From assembly GCA_045106895.1 (NCBI GenBank), contig JBGCFM010000226.1, forward strand, positions 1 through 20,002: 20,002 nt of DNA, written 5' to 3'. Positions 18,198 through 20,002 of the stretch are shown in pieces. Numbering within the stretch: the first letter of the stretch is position 1; each line of letters opens with the position of its first letter. Source of the DNA: Polyangiales bacterium (GTDB taxonomy: Bacteria > Myxococcota_A > Polyangia > Polyangiales > Houyiibacteriaceae). A model generated the notes under the pieces. The model was not told the DNA's origin and searched no databases. It saw only the letters and a program-made list of their open reading frames with translations. Position numbers and translations under genes: made by a program.

Positions 18198-18258
18198 GGC
18201 GGGAGCATCCTCGATCGCCAACAAGAGGCCAAGCTCCCTGTATCCCAAAGTTCACGTT

Positions 18259-18273
18259 CTGTGATATCCACAG
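18259..18273. promoter_or_regulatory. Inverted repeat, candidate regulator-binding site
   Basis: CTGTG-ATATC-CACAG in the relatively AT-rich intergenic region between rtcR and the vWA gene. Confidence 0.3.
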
Positions 18274-18295
18274 CGGTTTTTTGACCATTTTGAAC

Positions 18296-18312
18296 TCGGC
18301 ACGCTTCTTCCA
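18296..18312 (+). promoter_or_regulatory. Candidate sigma54 (-24/-12) promoter with a non-canonical -12 element
   Basis: tCGGCACGcttcTTCCa versus consensus TGGCACG-N4-TTGC: spacing is correct and -24 is good, but -12 is CC rather than GC. Divergent from rtcR, 14 nt before ATG 18326. Confidence 0.5.
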
Positions 18313-18325
18313 AGAGACTCAGCCC

Positions 18326-20002
18326 ATGCGACGCCTTTCCTTCCTTTTCGTCCTTCCCCTCCTTTCGGTCCTCCCCGGCTGCACCGGCATGTTCACCGTC
18401 GGGCCAAGACGCGTCGTCGTCGCTTCGTCGAACGTCGCACGAGCCGACGTGCAGCTCGCGAGTCAGGAAATTCGTCGCGTTCATGGCTGGCGAACGCTCC
18501 TCGGCAACGATGGCTCATCGTGTCTCGTCGACGTGGACCTTCGCTTCGTCCTCGATGTCTCCGGACGGCCCATTCGCGTCGCGGACAGCGGGGACCTCTT
18601 CATCGTCGGGCTTCATGGTCAGCGGCAGACGGTCATCGCCGACGAGCGCATCACCGCCGCCGCCACCCTGGCGGCGGAAGTCGAAGTTCGGACGCAAGCC
18701 ATCGCGGGATGGCGAACGGCCCCCACGACCGCCGGCACCGACGTTCTCATCAGCGCGCAGCCCTCCGTTGTCGTCGGCGAGGAAGGTGAACCGATTTGCG
18801 TCGCGCCGAGCGGCGACCTCTACGTGGCCACCGGGGACGAACGCTTCGCTGTGGACGGGAGCGCTTTTGGGAGCGCCCGCGTCGAGTTCAACGTGAACGT
18901 CGACATCGAGCTCGACATCTCCGTGCTCGCCGGTTACCGCGTCGTCGATGCGGGGTCCGCGGAGAAGGTCCTCGTCAACGGACAAGGGGAGCTCCTTGTG
19001 GACGACGCTGGCTACTTCGTGCACGTCGACGAGTCGGGGGAGCCCTTCACCATCCAAGGCGGGGTACGCATGGCCCTCAACCTTCAGCTGCCCAGCGTCA
19101 CCGCCATGCTCGCCGGAGCCCAGATCGATGCGGGGGTAGGAGTCGACGACAGCATCGGCGAGGCCTTTGCCGGTGCGCCCGCGGCGCCCGCAGCGCCCGC
19201 AGCGCCCGCACCTTTCATCGCAGCCCCCGCTGTCGCAGCCCCCGCCTCGCCGCAGGTCAACGCGCGCATCAACGCGGAAGTCGACGTTCAAGTGGAAACG
19301 CAGGTGGACGTGCAGGTCGCCGTCGCGATCCCGACCGCGGGACAGCCCGGCGCCGACGCGCAGCACGTGGGTGGACCGACGGGCGTAAGCGCCGTGGCCG
19401 GTGGCCGCGCCAACTTCAATATGCTCGTCCAAGGTGAAGTCCGCGTCGACGGGTTCCGCCTCGGCCTTGGAGACCTTGGACCCATCGCCCCGCTCACTGC
19501 GCACGCGCGCACCGACGCCCTGCAGACCTCTCCAGCGATTCGTGTGCACGCCGGCCTCGAACACGCCCAGCTTCCCCGCGCCGGAGGAGAGACGAACCTC
19601 GTCGTCGAGGTCGAAGGCGGCCCAGCCCCGAGCCAGAGTCAGACGAAGGTCCGCCTCCACCTCGTCATCGACCGCTCCTCGTCGATGCAGTCTTCTTGGG
19701 GCGACGTCCTCGCCGCCGCGGAGTTGCTCGTCGGCGAACTCAACGTCGACGATTCCATTCAGGTCGTCGCATACGGCACAAATGTCCAAGAAGTGCTGCC
19801 ACTCCAGCGCGCCGGAAATGGTCGCGCCGCCATCTCCGCGCTCCGCCGCATCACCGTTGGCGGCGGAACCAACATCGAGGTCGGTCTACGTGCAGCCTAC
19901 GACGCCGCCGGCGCCCAGGCCCTCGTCGGCAACGAACGCTCCCTCGTCATTCTTCTCTCCGACGGCGTGCCCAACGGCGGCGCATACACGGCGGACGCGC
20001 TC
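18326..20002 (+). CDS. Lipoprotein with three N-terminal repeats, Ala/Pro linker and vWA (MIDAS) domain, YfbK-like C-terminal part (3' end runs off the window)
   Basis: Translated by hand, 559 codons without a stop. MRRLSFLFVLPLLSVLPGC has lipobox LPGC; later LHLVIDRSSSM (DxSxS at 19670), IQVVAYG, GGGTNIEVGL, VILLSDGVPN. Confidence 0.88.
   Translation, partial: MRRLSFLFVLPLLSVLPGCTGMFTVGPRRVVVASSNVARADVQLASQEIRRVHGWRTLLGNDGSSCLVDVDLRFVLDVSGRPIRVADSGDLFIVGLHGQRQTVIADERITAAATLAAEVEVRTQAIAGWRTAPTTAGTDVLISAQPSVVVGEEGEPICVAPSGDLYVATGDERFAVDGSAFGSARVEFNVNVDIELDISVLAGYRVVDAGSAEKVLVNGQGELLVDDAGYFVHVDESGEPFTIQGGVRMALNLQLPSVTAMLAGAQIDAGVGVDDSIGEAFAGAPAAPAAPAAPAPFIAAPAVAAPASPQVNARINAEVDVQVETQVDVQVAVAIPTAGQPGADAQHVGGPTGVSAVAGGRANFNMLVQGEVRVDGFRLGLGDLGPIAPLTAHARTDALQTSPAIRVHAGLEHAQLPRAGGETNLVVEVEGGPAPSQSQTKVRLHLVIDRSSSMQSSWGDVLAAAELLVGELNVDDSIQVVAYGTNVQEVLPLQRAGNGRAAISALRRITVGGGTNIEVGLRAAYDAAGAQALVGNERSLVILLSDGVPNGGAYTADAL
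19175..19210 (+). repeat. 9-bp tandem repeat x4 encoding (APA)4 in the linker
   Basis: gcgcccgcg gcgcccgca gcgcccgca gcgcccgca. Confidence 0.85.

Noticed and set aside
18198..18325. Y RNA or tRNA-like gene beside rtcR, as in Salmonella
   Set aside because: The 128-bp gap is occupied by promoter-like elements and shows no long terminal stem or cloverleaf.
18326..20002. vWA protein as an Rsr/Ro60 (TROVE) orthologue
   Set aside because: It has a lipoprotein signal and a beta-rich repeat N-terminus instead of a helical TROVE domain.

Overview
GC-rich, gene-dense bacterial chromosome segment. Three Hanks-type Ser/Thr kinases (two of the HRDVSPQN type), Cys-rich lipoproteins and a TPR-peptidase lipoprotein point to Myxococcota, probably Polyangiales (inference). 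Left to right: a partial sphingosine-1-phosphate-lyase-like PLP enzyme coupled to an amidohydrolase; a small exported CPxC protein; a Cys-rich lipoprotein; a Zn-ribbon Ser/Thr kinase; rdgB; rph; a HAMP-PAS histidine kinase; a TPR/zinc-peptidase lipoprotein; glnS with promoter and terminator; two convergent paralogous tail-anchored kinases; a full-length RtcR; and a partial vWA lipoprotein. The two edge genes are absent from the ORF track and were translated by hand. Main observations: (1) RtcR faces a sigma54-like promoter that leads into a vWA lipoprotein with three ~74-aa repeats, not rtcB/rtcA or rsr. (2) At least five genes have a -10 hexamer 6-7 nt before the start codon and no Shine-Dalgarno, suggesting widespread leaderless mRNAs. 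No tRNA, rRNA, CRISPR array or mobile element was seen.
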